From: Acanthaster planci
Lineage: Eukaryota
Direction: 5' to 3'
Assembly: GCF_001949145.1 (NCBI RefSeq)
Contig: NW_019091360.1
Location: 678,137-742,136 of the forward strand
Length of the DNA stretch: 64,000 bases
In this document: one piece after another, positions 61,181 through 64,000 of the stretch
Layout of the letters: each line of letters opens with the position of its first letter
Numbering within the stretch: the first letter of the stretch is position 1
Program-made: the position numbers and the translations under genes
Notes under the pieces: generated by a model
What the model was told of the DNA's origin: nothing
The model's input: only the letters and a program-made list of their open reading frames with translations
Databases searched by the model: none

Positions 61181-64000
61181 GTAAGTAAGGTTTTTCGACT
61201 GCAACTTGGTCAGCCAACGTTGACAAAGTTTGCAAAGGTCTCATTGGTGATGATGGTGGCAGATGCTGTCTCCTTAAAACTTTCTGACAGAAAACAAAAT
61301 GGACTGTTTGTGCAGTAAGCTTACAGTAGGTTTCTGTTAGCTTTGTTGGCAGACACTTTTCAGATCGTGTAAATGAACGATTCACATGCATGAAGAAGTG
61401 ATAACACTCATGTTTATCATGGTGCATGCTGTGCTGCAGTGCTAGATTTTAAATTTCCATGTGCAAACTTTGAACAACATTACACGTGTAACAGCTGTTG
61501 ACTGCTGCGACACAGGGCAGTGCTTGTTTTACACCTGGTGATTTGGAGGGTGACATTTATCCTTGATGGGGTAAAAACACTGTTTAAATATCAGCCGTTA
61601 ACAATTGTTATATTGTGCCTGTGAAATAAAAAAATGGAGGGTTTAACTTATTCTGCTGCAAAAGATATGGATCTTTACAGTGTAGCCTTTTAAATAAGTG
61701 ATTGCATCCACTAAGTCATGTGACCTAAAATGGGTGTTAAATATCAACAAATATGGTATCCACCAAAATCAAAGTGTTTCATAAGTATCATTTACCAAAA
61801 ATAAAGGTGACGGTTGGCACAGTTCTCTGACTACTGATGTGCTGGGTACTGTACTGTAACTTGGGTGTATAGTTTGTAAACAACACTCAAAACACACGTT
61901 GCTATGGGGTTGATACCCACAAAAGGTCACATGATTTTGCCGGCACAATCAGTCTATTACTCTAATCTTTCTAATGGTGGGCAAGATATCAAGGGTTGTG
62001 TGCAGTGCTGAAACTGACCAATCATTCTGCAGACCTGTACGTTTGTCATCAAGATTTGACAAGCCGTGGACTGAAATGTCGAGTAGAATTGTAAGTATGC
62101 TCAACATGAGCTGGACCAGCTGGGCACCATCACCGTCTCAGCAATGGACGTACATTGGCATTCCACTATAACAAACATGAGGGAGTCCACACAAAACATT
62201 CGGTATAGCGATCTTCAGGTTCAGAGGTACACACCTGTTTGGAACTCCAGCCCATTCAAATGGGCAAATCAAGTTTTCCCAGAGTCATCGGTTAAACATT
62301 GCATACAACCTTCAGAACGGTTACACTGGTTCCTGTTCATTAAATGCCACTTTAATAAATAGACCACTCCCTCTCTTGGTCCCACACATGTACTTTTCCT
62401 AAAGTTAGTAAATTATTATAACACTAAGTCGCTGTACAAAGTGAAGCCTATTGAACTTAACCATGTCTGTGTGCAAAGGTAATGGAAAACTTCAAATTCA
62501 GCACAGTTCAGTACAGCTGTGCATAGACTTTTATTCCAGATTAATGCATCATCAAAGCTGATATGCGAAACACTCAAATGCACAATCAGTAAATGAGTGT
62601 TTTGTTTTGCTCTGTGTAACACGTGTGTAGGCATGTACACTGCAGACAAATTTGCCTCAGTTTTTAATGCATCATATCACAGAAAACCAGTGAACTTATA
62701 TATTATTTATGGTGGCATGCATTTCATGGTAACTTTGCAGCTTGAAGTAAGGTTAGTAAACTTCCACTCTTGCTGATAGAGGGCTTCTTGACAACTGGTG
62801 CAGGGTGCGAAAGGTTCTTGTGTTATGCATTCTTGCGCGGGTTTGCATCATTTTGTATGGGCTTTCAAACAATTGTTAGACCTAAACTCATCGTAATAGT
62901 GCAACATATGTACAGTGTCCAAAGTGGTTCTGAGTTGGATACAGCCTTTGATAAGACCGATCCTCAGGACAGGCAACACAACCTGGTCTGCAACCGGAGA
63001 ATGCTTGGACATATGATGTACATACACAATGTGCATTATTTCAAAAATTGAAATTTTGAAAACATGCTCAGATCAGGTGGGAAAAGGCCAACTCACTCTA
63101 CCAACCTCAATAGTTAAAATTTTGGTATACCATTACCTATTACTAGTTCATTTGGAAAGAGTTCCATACACGGACAACACTTCATGCCTCTGTGCACAAA
63201 CTTATGAGACTGTTCTGAAAAAAAAACCAACCTGTTTTCTAAGTAAAAGCTTTAGAATTTTCTTGGCTGTTTTTCACTTTTAGGATGTTTTCATTTGCTG
63301 ATGGCTGTTATAATATTTGAAGGGAAAATAAGTGTTGTCCATATGCATGTATGTGCAAATGTGCACAGCCTAAATTGCAAGAAAAAAAATGATCAAAATG
63401 CATTACAGGGCATCTACATTTCAAACTTTTCCTGGGGCCCTTAAGCAGGCCCCGGACCCCACGCCGTACATACTTCGCGCTTCATGCTTGTGATTTCAGC
63501 TATTTTTTGTATTCTACTCACACCCCCTGAAGTATTCAATGGTAATTCAAGCATTACCATTATTCATGTATTTGTACTTGCGTCTTGCATTAGAGTGTAT
63601 TATTATTATTAAGGGAATGAAAGTGTGGTGGAGCGTGTATTAACCTGTACATGTAGGTTAGAAATGGTAAGGGGCCTGGTCAGCAATAATGGCCTGAGCT
63701 GCAGTGGGTTAGCTACTGTTACAACCACTCGTCAGAACACAGTGGTGGCTTGTATTGAGTCAATGAGTGTATGAAAGGCATTTGACATGTCCCTTTTTTG
63801 CTTTTCAGTCCTATCATATCAGTACAGACTACAGCAGTGTTTCACTGAGGACCCGTTATGGTGGCCAGATAGTAACATGACTCAGATATCATTTCAAAAA
63901 GCAAAGGATAGTTGTTGCAACTTCCTAACCTTCCTAGTTCAGGATGAATAAATTACCCATATGGGACAGGTTGAAACATAAGTTAGTTTATAACTGGTCT

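Noticed and set aside
63809..63950. Good acceptor (CCCTTTTTTGCTTTTCAG) as the next LARP4 exon
   Set aside because: The in-phase translation shows no La-motif similarity and reaches a stop without a convincing donor.

Overview
Eukaryotic genomic DNA from an invertebrate-type animal. It is AT-rich, intron-rich and repeat-dense, has many TACATGTA motifs, and contains two N gaps. The species cannot be determined from the sequence. I reconstructed the host genes by hand from splice sites, because the ORF track misses them. (1) A complete 4-exon, 113-aa eIF1/SUI1-family gene on + (11185-25020). It is clearly divergent: the N-terminal FDPF motif is lost and, unlike canonical eIF1 genes, it starts from a strong-context AUG. 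(2) The 5' part of a LARP4/4B-family gene on + (about 50487 to >61180), with a PAM2 motif and a TCT/5'TOP-like first exon. (3) A weakly supported minus-strand gene start at about 4.4-4.9 kb. Mobile DNA comprises two oppositely oriented BEL/Pao LTR remnants, a tRNA-derived SINE, a young Penelope-like element, a LINE endonuclease remnant, hAT/TcMar-type MITEs and a compound foldback. It also includes a 10.2-kb CMC/EnSpm (CACTA-like) element with a complete two-gene Harbinger nested inside it; two exons resembling the outer element's SAM-domain gene lie inside a Harbinger intron. The best candidate for something new is the intact, divergent eIF1 paralogue, which appears to have escaped start-context autoregulation.
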